From: a virus
Lineage: Duplodnaviria; Heunggongvirae; Uroviricota; Caudoviricetes
Strand: one strand, 5' to 3'
DNA length: 9,849 bases
IMG/VR virus record: IMGVR_UViG_2671180473_000003
Position numbers and translations under genes: made by a program
Shown here: positions 1 through 7,287 of the stretch, one piece after another
How positions within the stretch are numbered: position 1 is the first letter of the stretch
Layout of the letters: the number at the start of each line of letters is the position of its first letter
The notes under the pieces: generated by a model
Databases searched by the model: none
Seen by the model: only the letters and a program-made list of their open reading frames with translations
Told to the model about the DNA's origin: nothing

Positions 1-13
1 GTCCAATGTGCAT

Positions 14-47
14 AAAAAAATCCGGAAACAAGTGAGCGTTTCCGGAT
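14..47 (-). terminator. Intrinsic terminator-like hairpin about 35 nt downstream of the portal stop codon
   Basis: Perfect 10-bp inverted repeat ATCCGGAAAC (20..29) / GTTTCCGGAT (38..47) with an 8-nt loop. On the minus strand the stem is followed directly by a run of 7 T (plus-strand A run 14..20). Confidence 0.5.
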
Positions 48-80
48 TCTTACACAGCCACTGGATCGGTCAACTGATCC

Positions 81-1328
81 TTAACTGATCGGCATTACAC
101 CACCGGGACGCGGATTCATATCTTCCAGGTCGCGGCAGTCATTGGAAGAGTAAATTCCCCAGTTGATCCCGGTGGCGTAGGCTTCAAAACGGGACTTCAT
201 ATCCCCGCGCAGTAACGCCCCGGCGTTAAATTTGGCGTAATAAACGCCCTGCTTACTTTTTCGTACCAGTCCGGTGTTGATCCGCTGTTCGATGCGGGTC
301 AGATACGGCACCAGTGAATAGTTGATAAATCCCAGCCCCAGCTCTTCGATATTGTTGAAGGTGGCGCGATCGGTGTTCTGCACCATGTGCAACGGCACCC
401 GGAACAGACGACAGATTTCTTCCAGCTGAAACTTGCGGGTTTCCAGGAACTGACTGTCCTCGGCGTTCAGCGCCATCGACTTCCAGTCCAGCCCCATTTC
501 CAGAATCATCGGGCGGTGAGCATTGCCAAGCCCCGTGTGACACTCCTCAAAATCTTTCTTCAGACGCTCGTAAGCATCCGGCGTGAGCTTTTGTTCCGTA
601 CGCAACACACCGGATGTCACCGCACCATTACTAAACAACCTGGCACCGTGCTCCTCGGTTGCCGCTGCCAGTGAAATGGCCTCACGCGCATACGCAATGG
701 GATTCAGCCCGACAAGTCCATCCAGCGTCAGGGTGCGCACATGCCAGATTTCATTCTGGGTCAACACATCCACGGAACCATCCGGAAACGTCACCTGATA
801 AACCGGCTGCCACTGGCTGTTCAGCTTCGGTTCCACACAGCCCGGATCTATCGGAAGAAGCTCCACCACTTCTCCCAGTGCCTTTACCTTGTAGGCGTAA
901 AAATTCCCCCGTAGACACAGGCAGACAATAACCAGCTCCCAGAATTCCTGCGGTGTCATGTAGCCATTAGGTTTTGCCGAAACCAACTTATGCAGTCGTT
1001 CATCCACCGCCCGTGTTTTCAGGGTACCGCTGATTTTGTAGAGACTGCAGGGCAGCATACCAACAGACTCTGCCAGCACCCTGACGCAAGAATAGACCGC
1101 CGTCAGGCGCATGGCCCGCTGGCTACTGATCCGCTTTCCGGTATAGGTGTCGTATGACAGCCCGATAGCATCAGCAGTTCTGCTGGCGTGGTCACCGGCA
1201 CATCGCTTTTTCGTTGAAATAATCCCGAAAAGAACACTATTTACCTCCGCCGACAGACTGCCGTGTACGGTCGAGATATCGCGCCACCAGCCACGACCAG
1301 AACAGGCACAGCGCCCCGGCAACAACAA
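81..1328 (-). CDS. Phage portal protein, HK97 family
   Basis: 415-aa ORF containing the portal-like stretch [23 protein letters not shown] and a conserved C-terminal half; it sits directly downstream of the terminase large subunit. Start is uncertain: the TTG at 1328 has no RBS and overlaps the 60-aa ORF upstream, and the next in-frame ATG is at 1112. Confidence 0.8.
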   Translation of the reverse strand: MLLPGRCACSGRGWWRDISTVHGSLSAEVNSVLFGIISTKKRCAGDHASRTADAIGLSYDTYTGKRISSQRAMRLTAVYSCVRVLAESVGMLPCSLYKISGTLKTRAVDERLHKLVSAKPNGYMTPQEFWELVIVCLCLRGNFYAYKVKALGEVVELLPIDPGCVEPKLNSQWQPVYQVTFPDGSVDVLTQNEIWHVRTLTLDGLVGLNPIAYAREAISLAAATEEHGARLFSNGAVTSGVLRTEQKLTPDAYERLKKDFEECHTGLGNAHRPMILEMGLDWKSMALNAEDSQFLETRKFQLEEICRLFRVPLHMVQNTDRATFNNIEELGLGFINYSLVPYLTRIEQRINTGLVRKSKQGVYYAKFNAGALLRGDMKSRFEAYATGINWGIYSSNDCRDLEDMNPRPGGVMPIS

Positions 1329-1419
1329 AACCCGCCGGGGGATAAATCAGCCAGGCACCATACGCCAGCAAAAGCGCACCCAGCACGCCCACCAGAGGCG
1401 CGAGAATCAGCATGATCAT
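1237..1419 (-). CDS. Small hypothetical membrane protein (two predicted transmembrane helices)
   Basis: 60-aa ORF with ATG start and a GAGGT RBS 7 nt upstream, lying just after the terL stop. The product is strongly hydrophobic ([46 protein letters not shown]). Confidence 0.5.
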   Translation of the reverse strand: MIMLILAPLVGVLGALLLAYGAWLIYPPAGFVVAGALCLFWSWLVARYLDRTRQSVGGGK

Positions 1420-1430
1420 AATTACCTCAG

Positions 1431-3164
1431 TTAAAGCGAGCGGATCCCGTAGGACTCAATGTGGTCAGACAGCGTGTCTTCTTTCTCGTACAGCATGGCT
1501 CTGCCAACCGCCATAATCAGCGCAACTGCACCATCGATTTTGTTTTCCGCCTGCTCTTTGACGGGTTTCACCACATCATCGTTACCCGGCATGTTTTTGC
1601 CGACCACGTTGCCGATACACCAGGTCATGATGGGATTGCCGTCATGATGAAAACGTCCCGATTCAATCGCTGCTTCCAGCTCTTTCATCGGATCGGACAT
1701 ATTGGTGAAGTTCTGGACGATAGTGACGGGATTCAGGTCTTCATCAGCAAGGTCATGTGACAACCCGGTCGCCCCGAAGGGGTCGATGGGTGACTCACTG
1801 ACCGGGCTGATTTTGTTCGCCGCTTTGGCCTCCTCGAGGATGTAGCGATAATCCACCTCCGCACCATCGGTAACGGTCAGAACGCCCATTTCCACCCATT
1901 TCTGAAAGCGTTCGGCTGTCCGTCGATCTTCATTTTTCTCGACGCTGTACACCGTGTCATACGGTACCCAGAAACGCGGGGCCACACTGTAGTAATGCGT
2001 TTTACCGTCAATCTCGCGGGTATAAAGTCGCGCCATGCTGTTCATATCCAGCTTACGCGCCAGGTCAAAGGCCAGAATGCACGGCTGCCCCTCGAACTGC
2101 TCAAGGGTCAGTGATTTATCCTCGCAGCTCTGCCAGCTCACCAAGTTGAAATACGCCGAACGCGCCGACACCCAGATATTGAGGTGTTTTGTTTTAAAGA
2201 CGTTTGCCAGACGGGCGTTATTTTTCGCACGCTGCTGCTGACTTAACAAAAATTCGCGATAAACCGACACGCCAATATTTGGATTGGCTTTTTCCAGCAC
2301 CTGCGGGCCGGTCCAGTCGTCACCTTCATCAACGGTATAGATGATCCCGAACAGTTCATCGTTAGGCACCGAGCCGTTGAGCATCTCGATGACTTCCCGC
2401 CGCTTGTCGTAGCACGGCCCCTCAATGTTGTACCCGGCGGTGGTGATGGCCCACATCAGTGGCTGACGTCGCGCCCCCATCCCGGTAAGCATTGTGGTAT
2501 AAAGCGCATCGGTGGCATGCTCGTGATATTCATCAACCACGGCACAGTGGGGTGATGAACCATCACCTGGGTTGCCGATCAGCGGTTCAAACCGCGCGCC
2601 ATCCTCCGGACGGTTCATGTTTGAGGCGTTAACCTCAATCCCGAACGCTTCCGTCAGCATGGGTGTGCGTTTACACATCAGTCGCGCCGGGCGAAAGACT
2701 TCCCACGCCTGTTTCTCTGTCGTGGCACCGGAATACACTTCCGCGCCAAACTCGTTATCACAGGCAAAACAATACAGGGCAACACCGGCAGAGATTGCTG
2801 ATTTGCCGTTCTTACGGGGGATTTCGGTGTACACCTCCCGGAAGCGGCGCAACCGGGTGCCTTTATTGACCCAGCCAAACGCACAGCAGATCACAAATAG
2901 CTGCCACGGCTCCAGCGTGATGGGCATCCGTTTGAATGCCCACTCCCCCTTGGTGTGCGGCAACAGCTGAATAAATTTCGCGGCCCGTTCAGCCAGGTCC
3001 TTGTCGAAGCGGTAACGAAACGACTTACTTTTTTCCGCCATCAGGTCATCAAGATGGCGCTGGCAGGCCTGAATCACAAACTGGCAGGCAACAATCTTTC
3101 CGCGCACGACATCCCGGGCATACTGATTTGCAGCATTTACGTTGGGGTAAGATTTCCGGCTCAT
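1431..3164 (-). CDS. Phage terminase large subunit
   Basis: 577-aa ORF with a P-loop-like motif (PRKNGKS) and a C-terminal nuclease-type region. Its ATG overlaps the terS stop (ATGA). Confidence 0.92.
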   Translation of the reverse strand: MSRKSYPNVNAANQYARDVVRGKIVACQFVIQACQRHLDDLMAEKSKSFRYRFDKDLAERAAKFIQLLPHTKGEWAFKRMPITLEPWQLFVICCAFGWVNKGTRLRRFREVYTEIPRKNGKSAISAGVALYCFACDNEFGAEVYSGATTEKQAWEVFRPARLMCKRTPMLTEAFGIEVNASNMNRPEDGARFEPLIGNPGDGSSPHCAVVDEYHEHATDALYTTMLTGMGARRQPLMWAITTAGYNIEGPCYDKRREVIEMLNGSVPNDELFGIIYTVDEGDDWTGPQVLEKANPNIGVSVYREFLLSQQQRAKNNARLANVFKTKHLNIWVSARSAYFNLVSWQSCEDKSLTLEQFEGQPCILAFDLARKLDMNSMARLYTREIDGKTHYYSVAPRFWVPYDTVYSVEKNEDRRTAERFQKWVEMGVLTVTDGAEVDYRYILEEAKAANKISPVSESPIDPFGATGLSHDLADEDLNPVTIVQNFTNMSDPMKELEAAIESGRFHHDGNPIMTWCIGNVVGKNMPGNDDVVKPVKEQAENKIDGAVALIMAVGRAMLYEKEDTLSDHIESYGIRSL

Positions 3165-3655
3165 GATTCGATAATTTTCAGAAACGGGTTAGTGGCTTTC
3201 TTCTGCCCCGCCAGGCCAATCAGACGCTGGCGGCTGCTGGGGTCGAGTCCGAGCATTGCCCCCGTGCTGCTCATCTCGGACTCCTGTTCTTTTTTGGCGG
3301 TCAGCTCCGGATTTTTGACCCTGCCGCCCATTGCACCGGTGATGGTGTTGCCCTGTATGGCAATATTTTTCACGGCACGTCGCCAGAACTCATAGGCCAC
3401 GCACCACCGCTCAAGTACCGCCAGGTCAGTCACGCACAGCAGGCCCTGACCGCAGAGTTCTTTGGTTGTCAGTTGCCACATGATCGTGGCGAGAGGGAGA
3501 TCTTCTTCAGCGAACCACTCTGGTGGCTCAACACCTTTGATGGGCGTAAAAACAGGTTCATCTTTGTTCAGGGCTCGCTTGCCGGGGTTTCCGGCCAGCG
3601 CCTTGCGCGCCGTTGGCTTGGGGCGACGCCCGGAACGCCCCGCCGTTCCAGCCAT
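3161..3655 (-). CDS. Phage terminase small subunit (P27-like family)
   Basis: N-terminal [24 protein letters not shown] resembles P27-family small terminases. The ATG at 3655 has an AGGAG RBS 8 nt upstream; the ORF track extends to a GTG at 3664, which is too close to the RBS. Confidence 0.85.
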   Translation of the reverse strand: MAGTAGRSGRRPKPTARKALAGNPGKRALNKDEPVFTPIKGVEPPEWFAEEDLPLATIMWQLTTKELCGQGLLCVTDLAVLERWCVAYEFWRRAVKNIAIQGNTITGAMGGRVKNPELTAKKEQESEMSSTGAMLGLDPSSRQRLIGLAGQKKATNPFLKIIES

Positions 3656-3694
3656 ATGCGGCACTCCTGGTTAAATTTCATTTTTCGCGGGTAT

Positions 3695-3754
3695 AAAAAA
3701 ACGATGGGGCGGGCAGTCCGGAAGACGTCAGGTCACAGGGATTTGCCCCGCCCC
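3695..3754 (-). other. GC-rich interrupted inverted repeat plus T run between the HNH and terS genes; candidate cos/packaging site or partial terminator
   Basis: GGGGCGGGCA (3706..3715) pairs with TGCCCCGCCCC (3744..3754) around a 28-nt spacer containing the GACGTC palindrome. On the minus strand the repeat is followed 4 nt later by 7 T. Confidence 0.3.
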
Positions 3755-3776
3755 TCCCTACAAGTGAGAATAATTA

Positions 3777-4127
3777 TCACCGGATTCGTTCGCGCGCTGT
3801 TTTCGCTTTATGGCAGGGCCAGCACAGACTCTGCAGGTTGCTGTCTGCGTCTGTTCCGCCATGCGCTTTCGGGATGATGTGGTCGACGGTTTTCGCCTCG
3901 CTCACCACACCGACACGCAGACACAACTGACACAGACCTTTATCGCGCTTCAGAATACGGGCACGAATCACCGTCCATTTTGAGCCATAGCCACGCTGGT
4001 GGCGGCTCAGTCCGCGCTGGTGCTGCACCCAGCCTTCACCGCGATGTTTATCGCAGTAACCCGAACTGTCTGTGGTTGTACCTGCACATCCACGCTTACG
4101 GCAGGCACGTGGGATTAGTGATGGCAT
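3777..4127 (-). CDS. HNH endonuclease (packaging-associated HNH next to terminase)
   Basis: 116-aa ORF with Cys-rich zinc-finger pairs (CRKRGC...C..H, CWPCH) and the H-N-H core (DHIIPKAHGGTDADSNLQSLCWPCH). ATG start with a GAGG RBS. Confidence 0.9.
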   Translation of the reverse strand: MPSLIPRACRKRGCAGTTTDSSGYCDKHRGEGWVQHQRGLSRHQRGYGSKWTVIRARILKRDKGLCQLCLRVGVVSEAKTVDHIIPKAHGGTDADSNLQSLCWPCHKAKTARERIR

Positions 4128-4169
4128 AAATACCTCATACCCTGCGAAATGTTTACCACGATAAAAAGG

Positions 4170-4412
4170 CTACTTAATGCACTGAGTGCGGATATACTCC
4201 TGTGCCCCTTCCAGTTGCATCTGCATCGTCATCAGCCGCTCTCTGAGGGTGAAATAATCCCGTTCAGCGGTGTCTGCCAGTCGGGGGCTGGTTGCATTAT
4301 CCACGCCGGAGGCGGTGGTGGCTTCACGCACTGACTGACAGACTGCTTTGATGTGCAACCGACGACGACCAGCGGCAACATCAGCGCGCAGAGTTTCATT
4401 TTCAGCTTTCGC
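4170..4412 (-). CDS. Rz: Rz spanin (inner-membrane subunit), C-terminal 80 aa only; the N-terminus lies in the N gap
   Basis: Translation AKAENETLRADVAAGRRRLHIKAVCQSVREATTASGVDNATSPRLADTAERDYFTLRERL... closely matches the lambda Rz C-terminal half as recalled. The ORF runs into the N run at 4413. Confidence 0.85.
   Translation of the reverse strand, partial: AKAENETLRADVAAGRRRLHIKAVCQSVREATTASGVDNATSPRLADTAERDYFTLRERLMTMQMQLEGAQEYIRTQCIK
4232..4399 (-). CDS. Rz1: Rz1 spanin (outer-membrane lipoprotein), embedded in Rz in the +1 frame
   Basis: MKLCALMLPLVVVGCTSKQSVSQCVKPPPPPAWIMQPAPDWQTPLNGIISPSESG has a lipobox (VVVGC) and a penta-proline tract, as in lambda Rz1. The start sits at the gap edge, so the true start could be inside the N run. 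Confidence 0.7.
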   Translation of the reverse strand: MKLCALMLPLVVVGCTSKQSVSQCVKPPPPPAWIMQPAPDWQTPLNGIISPSESG

Positions 4413-4758
4413 NNNNNNNNNNNNNNNNNNNNNNNNNNNNNNNNNNNNNNNNNNNNNNNNNNNNNNNNNNNNNNNNNNNNNNNNNNNNNNNNNNNNNNNN
4501 NNNNNNNNNNNNNNNNNNNNNNNNNNNNNNNNNNNNNNNNNNNNNNNNNNNNNNNNNNNNNNNNNNNNNNNNNNNNNNNNNNNNNNNNNNNNNNNNNNNN
4601 NNNNNNNNNNNNNNNNNNNNNNNNNNNNNNNNNNNNNNNNNNNNNNNNNNNNNNNNNNNNNNNNNNNNNNNNNNNNNNNNNNNNNNNNNNNNNNNNNNNN
4701 NNNNNNNNNNNNNNNNNNNNNNNNNNNNNNNNNNNNNNNNNNNNNNNNNNNNNNNNNN
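4413..4758. other. Run of 346 N (assembly gap or masked sequence) inside the lysis cassette
   Basis: Seen directly in the sequence. All ORF-track translations shown as X across this span are artefacts. Confidence 1.
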
Positions 4759-4848
4759 ACCACCTGGGCCAGTGATTAACACAGATGCTATAGCAACAGC
4801 CCCACCACCAATAGCAGCTGCAACAGCCTTGCGTAATGATGGCGACAT
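4759..4848 (-). CDS. R: SAR endolysin (phage-21 R-like lysozyme), N-terminal 30 aa only; the remainder is in the N gap
   Basis: [30 protein letters not shown] is a Gly/Ala-rich signal-anchor-release domain typical of SAR endolysins. Its ATG overlaps the holin stop (TAATG). Confidence 0.7.
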
Positions 4849-5063
4849 TATTCACCTCTCGCAGCCTTACGCTTGTCTTCTCTTATTTTGAAATACAGAT
4901 TTGTCAGATAAGTCAGAAGCCCCAGAAGCAGACTTCCCAGCACACCAATCGCAGCCCACTGTGATGGACTGACCTGATCCAACCACTGCAAAAACCAGTA
5001 GCCGGCACTGCCGGCGGAGGTGCCGTAGGCAATGCCTGTTGATATTTTTTCCATCTGATACAT
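4848..5063 (-). CDS. S: Class II holin / pinholin, phage-21 S-like, with a dual-start motif
   Basis: 71-aa [74 protein letters not shown] with two transmembrane segments and a charged C-terminus. Met1/Met4 resemble the antiholin/holin dual start of S21. It sits immediately upstream of the SAR endolysin. Confidence 0.9.
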   Translation of the reverse strand: MYQMEKISTGIAYGTSAGSAGYWFLQWLDQVSPSQWAAIGVLGSLLLGLLTYLTNLYFKIREDKRKAARGE

Positions 5064-5095
5064 ATCCCGCCCCCCGACAGACCTGTGCTATCGGA

Positions 5096-5129
5096 AAGAA
5101 AAAAGGCCATCAGCAAAACTCTGATGGCC
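5096..5129 (-). terminator. Intrinsic terminator just upstream of the holin gene
   Basis: 9-bp stem GGCCATCAG (5105..5113) / CTGATGGCC (5121..5129) with a 7-nt loop. On the minus strand it is followed by TTTTTTCTTTCC. Confidence 0.55.
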
Positions 5130-5239
5130 TGAATCACCTTTACCAATATTGTATGAAAAAACACGCACGACTAATTGACAATAATTTTCATTTCCATTAA
5201 AAAAGATCGCGTAGCATTCTTAATTCATGAGGAACTTTA

Positions 5240-5304
5240 CCCGCCAGCAATCTGAGTAGCGAAAGCTGTTCATCCCCAATGTTTTTGCTGGCGGGTCCTT
5301 TTTT
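5240..5304 (+). terminator. Orphan plus-strand hairpin plus T run (terminator-like), with no plus-strand gene nearby
   Basis: 11-bp perfect inverted repeat CCCGCCAGCAA (5240..5250) / TTGCTGGCGGG (5285..5295) with a 34-nt loop, followed on the plus strand by TCCTTTTTTCT. Confidence 0.3.
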
Positions 5305-5743
5305 CTACGGTCCTCCTCCCCGGAGGGGGGCATTTCATTATTTTTCTAATCGTTACTGGTGAGAAGGCGGAAGAAAAAGCCAGTTCTTCGCCCCTAAATA
5401 ACAGCATGATTCCAGTCCATGCAAAATCTGATTTCCAGCTCACACATACCGAGCACTGTACAAAAAACCGCCAGCCAAGGCAGTTAAGAGTGTGTTCCCG
5501 GGGTTTGCTTAGAATATTTTGTAAGTTGTCCGAAGAGATATTTACAACACCAGAATGATGAATCATCAGTCCCCTGCCAGAGGTTCACTACGTAACCTGA
5601 CCGACAATGCACCATTCTGGTGCTGAAAAAAGAGCACTGGAACTGCAACAAAACAACATCACAGAACAGGAGATGGTAAGGAGTCAGACATTCCCACACA
5701 ATATTGTGTCAGTGCAAATAACAACCTTCGTCTCAAATCTCGC

Positions 5744-5818
<75 letters not shown>

Positions 5819-5821
5819 ATA

Positions 5822-5897
<76 letters not shown>

Positions 5898-5899
5898 GC

Positions 5900-5976
5900 T
5901 GGCCCACCACCGAGGACTCGAACCTCGCACCGTCAACTTAGAAGGTTGATGCTCTATCCGGATGAGCTAGTGGTGG
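5900..5976 (-). tRNA. argN: tRNA-Arg (anticodon UCU), argN/argO-like phage tRNA
   Basis: 77-nt cloverleaf: acceptor CCACCAC/GTGGTGG, D-stem GCTC/GAGC, anticodon stem TCAAC/GTTGA, loop CTTCTAA, T-arm CGAGG-TTCGAGT-CCTCG, encoded CCA. Confidence 0.8.
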
Positions 5977-5977
5977 T

Positions 5978-6054
5978 TGGTGGCCCTTGCTGGACTTGAA
6001 CCAGCGACCTGGCGATTATGAGTCGCTCGCTCTGACCAACTGAGCTAAAGGGCC
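5978..6054 (-). tRNA. ileZ: tRNA with anticodon CAU, probably tRNA-Ile2 (lysidine type), ileZ/ileX-like
   Basis: 77-nt cloverleaf GGCCCTTTAGCTCAGTTGGTCAGAGCGAGCGACTCATAATCGCCAGGTCGCTGGTTCAAGTCCAGCAAGGGCCACCA, resembling E. coli ileX as recalled. Met versus Ile2 cannot be settled from the anticodon alone. Confidence 0.8.
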
Positions 6055-6063
6055 GGAGGCAGA

Positions 6064-6092
6064 ATAATAACCATATGTCATCACATCTGCAA
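6064..6092 (-). promoter_or_regulatory. Putative sigma-70 promoter for the tRNA array
   Basis: Minus-strand TTGCAG (-35; 6092..6087), a 17-nt spacer, TATTAT (-10; 6069..6064), then 9 nt to the 5' end of the first tRNA. Confidence 0.45.
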
Positions 6093-6142
6093 ACTCATCT
6101 GACCACCAGCACGTTTAACGTCCTGTGCCGTTTTTCAGGTAT

Positions 6143-6166
6143 AAAAAAACCCGCTCATCGGCGGGT
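6143..6166 (-). terminator. Intrinsic terminator downstream of the ORF6N-domain gene
   Basis: Minus-strand stem ACCCGC / GCGGGT with loop CGATGA, followed by TTTTTTTAT. Confidence 0.55.
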
Positions 6167-6243
6167 TTAAGCTGTGTGGCGTAGTAACCACTCTTAACAG
6201 GATATTCAACTTTTTACGATCGTAAAGTTTTCGGAAAAAATTT

Positions 6244-6807
6244 TTAAAACCGCATCAACCGCTCCACCAGTTGCTCTTTACGGGCAACGATCCACCCGTG
6301 TTGCTCCAGATAAAATTTAAACCGTTCCAGAGTACATACCATCGCATCGGCGGGTACCTTTTCCGTGAACTCAACCTGACCGTGTTTATCGAAGTGGCTC
6401 AGTAATGCGCATCCATCATTTTCGATAGATGTGTTTTGTGCCGCTGGTGGCTGTTTCTGGTTGAAATAACAGTCTTCCAGTTTTTCGAACACTTCCCACG
6501 CCTGATCGGTTTCGAGCATTTTGGCGTGACGGGCTGCGCCACGTTCTGTCCAGAGGATGAGGGAGCGAACGTTACGGGCAATTTTCACAGAAACTCTTAA
6601 AGAGTTTTCGTTCTTCAACTCTCGTAACGCATCACCTTCTATCAGGAAAAAATGTTTACCTTCTATAAACCGTTCTTTGTTTCGATTGAAATTGTTTGTC
6701 AAACGCTGGCGCTCTGTTCCGTACAAATCAGCCAGCAGCTCTGTTGTCATGACAGGAAGATGGTTATGCGTAAGTGACGGGAGTTTTTCAATAGACGTGC
6801 GATTCAT
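6244..6807 (-). CDS. ORF6N-domain (KilA-N-related) accessory protein with an uncharacterised C-terminal domain
   Basis: The N-terminal region LPVMTTELLADLYGTERQRLTNNFNRNKERFIEGKHFFLIEGDALREL...RSLILWTERGAARHAKMLETDQAWEV matches the recalled ORF6N consensus. Start taken at the ATG at 6807, which has an AAAGGA RBS 7 nt upstream; the long ORF-track form (to 7005) has a GTG start, no RBS and implausible composition. Confidence 0.7.
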   Translation of the reverse strand: MNRTSIEKLPSLTHNHLPVMTTELLADLYGTERQRLTNNFNRNKERFIEGKHFFLIEGDALRELKNENSLRVSVKIARNVRSLILWTERGAARHAKMLETDQAWEVFEKLEDCYFNQKQPPAAQNTSIENDGCALLSHFDKHGQVEFTEKVPADAMVCTLERFKFYLEQHGWIVARKEQLVERLMRF

Positions 6808-7013
6808 AGACATGTCCTTTCGAATATTTTGATTTACCCCTTTTGAGAGGGTGACCGGGCGCTCAAAACCGTCGAAAGTCGGCGGGCGTATTTCCATTGC
6901 TGGTATTGTATTAGCCGCACACCCGGTCATAAACCAAGAATTCTGGACACAAAAAAACCACATGGCTATCGGGTGTGGATACCGCTTTCGAGGTGTTTTG
7001 AGCACCGCGGGGA

Positions 7014-7042
7014 AATGTAAACTGCAAACCTGAAACTGTCAA
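7014..7042 (-). promoter_or_regulatory. Putative sigma-70 promoter upstream of the ORF6N gene (leader of about 200 nt)
   Basis: Minus-strand TTGACA (-35; 7042..7037), a 17-nt spacer, TACATT (-10; 7019..7014). Confidence 0.4.
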
Positions 7043-7165
7043 CACCGTCAGGTTCCAATCATCGGGTGGTGAGACGCACAGGGTTGGAACTACCGGGAAA
7101 CCGACCGGCGAGCTTTTCAGCTCCCCCATGCGCCCCACCATAATTCAGATGTGCGCGTGCATACG

Positions 7166-7192
7166 ACAATAAAAAACACGCTCGCGGCGTGT
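7166..7192 (-). terminator. tR'-like intrinsic terminator ending a short (about 80 nt) pR' leader transcript
   Basis: Minus-strand stem ACACGC / GCGTGT with loop CGCGA, followed by TTTTTTATT, about 55 nt downstream of the predicted pR' start site. Confidence 0.6.
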
Positions 7193-7253
7193 GTCTGTCG
7201 CGGTCTCTATCCGGGGTTCCAATCCCGACGCCAGATTTTGCTGGCGCGTGAGG

Positions 7254-7283
7254 AATATAGCCCCGGACAATGTGTCTGGTCAA
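7254..7283 (-). promoter_or_regulatory. Late promoter pR' immediately downstream of Q
   Basis: Minus-strand TTGACC (-35; 7283..7278), an 18-nt spacer, TATATT (-10; 7259..7254). The -35 begins 5 nt after the Q stop codon, the expected lambdoid arrangement. Confidence 0.55.
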
Positions 7284-7287
7284 GCAC

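Noticed and set aside
253-931. ORFs 253..543 (-), 387..674 (+), 583..798 (+) and 659..931 (+) inside the portal gene
   Set aside because: Alternate-frame or antisense overlaps of the portal CDS, with Pro/Arg/Ser-rich translations typical of out-of-frame reads.
1459-3395. Several 60 to 146-aa ORFs on both strands inside the terminase genes
   Set aside because: Shadow ORFs inside strongly supported terL/terS coding sequence.
4170-4855. Long ORF-track entries spanning the N run (4170..4763, 4232..4855, 4402..4848 minus; 4348..4779 and 4353..4775 plus) taken as complete genes
   Set aside because: The poly-X translations are artefacts of reading through N. Only the real flanking sequence is interpretable (Rz C-terminus, Rz1, endolysin N-terminus); the plus-strand entries are antisense shadows.
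4913-5164. 83-aa minus-strand ORF overlapping the holin gene
   Set aside because: Alternate-frame overlap with a well-supported holin; it spans the intrinsic terminator and has no RBS.
5064-5743. Shiga toxin genes (stxA/stxB) at the canonical site between the tRNAs and the holin
   Set aside because: Specifically looked for; there is no ORF of suitable size or signal-peptide-like start, and nothing resembling stx coding sequence.
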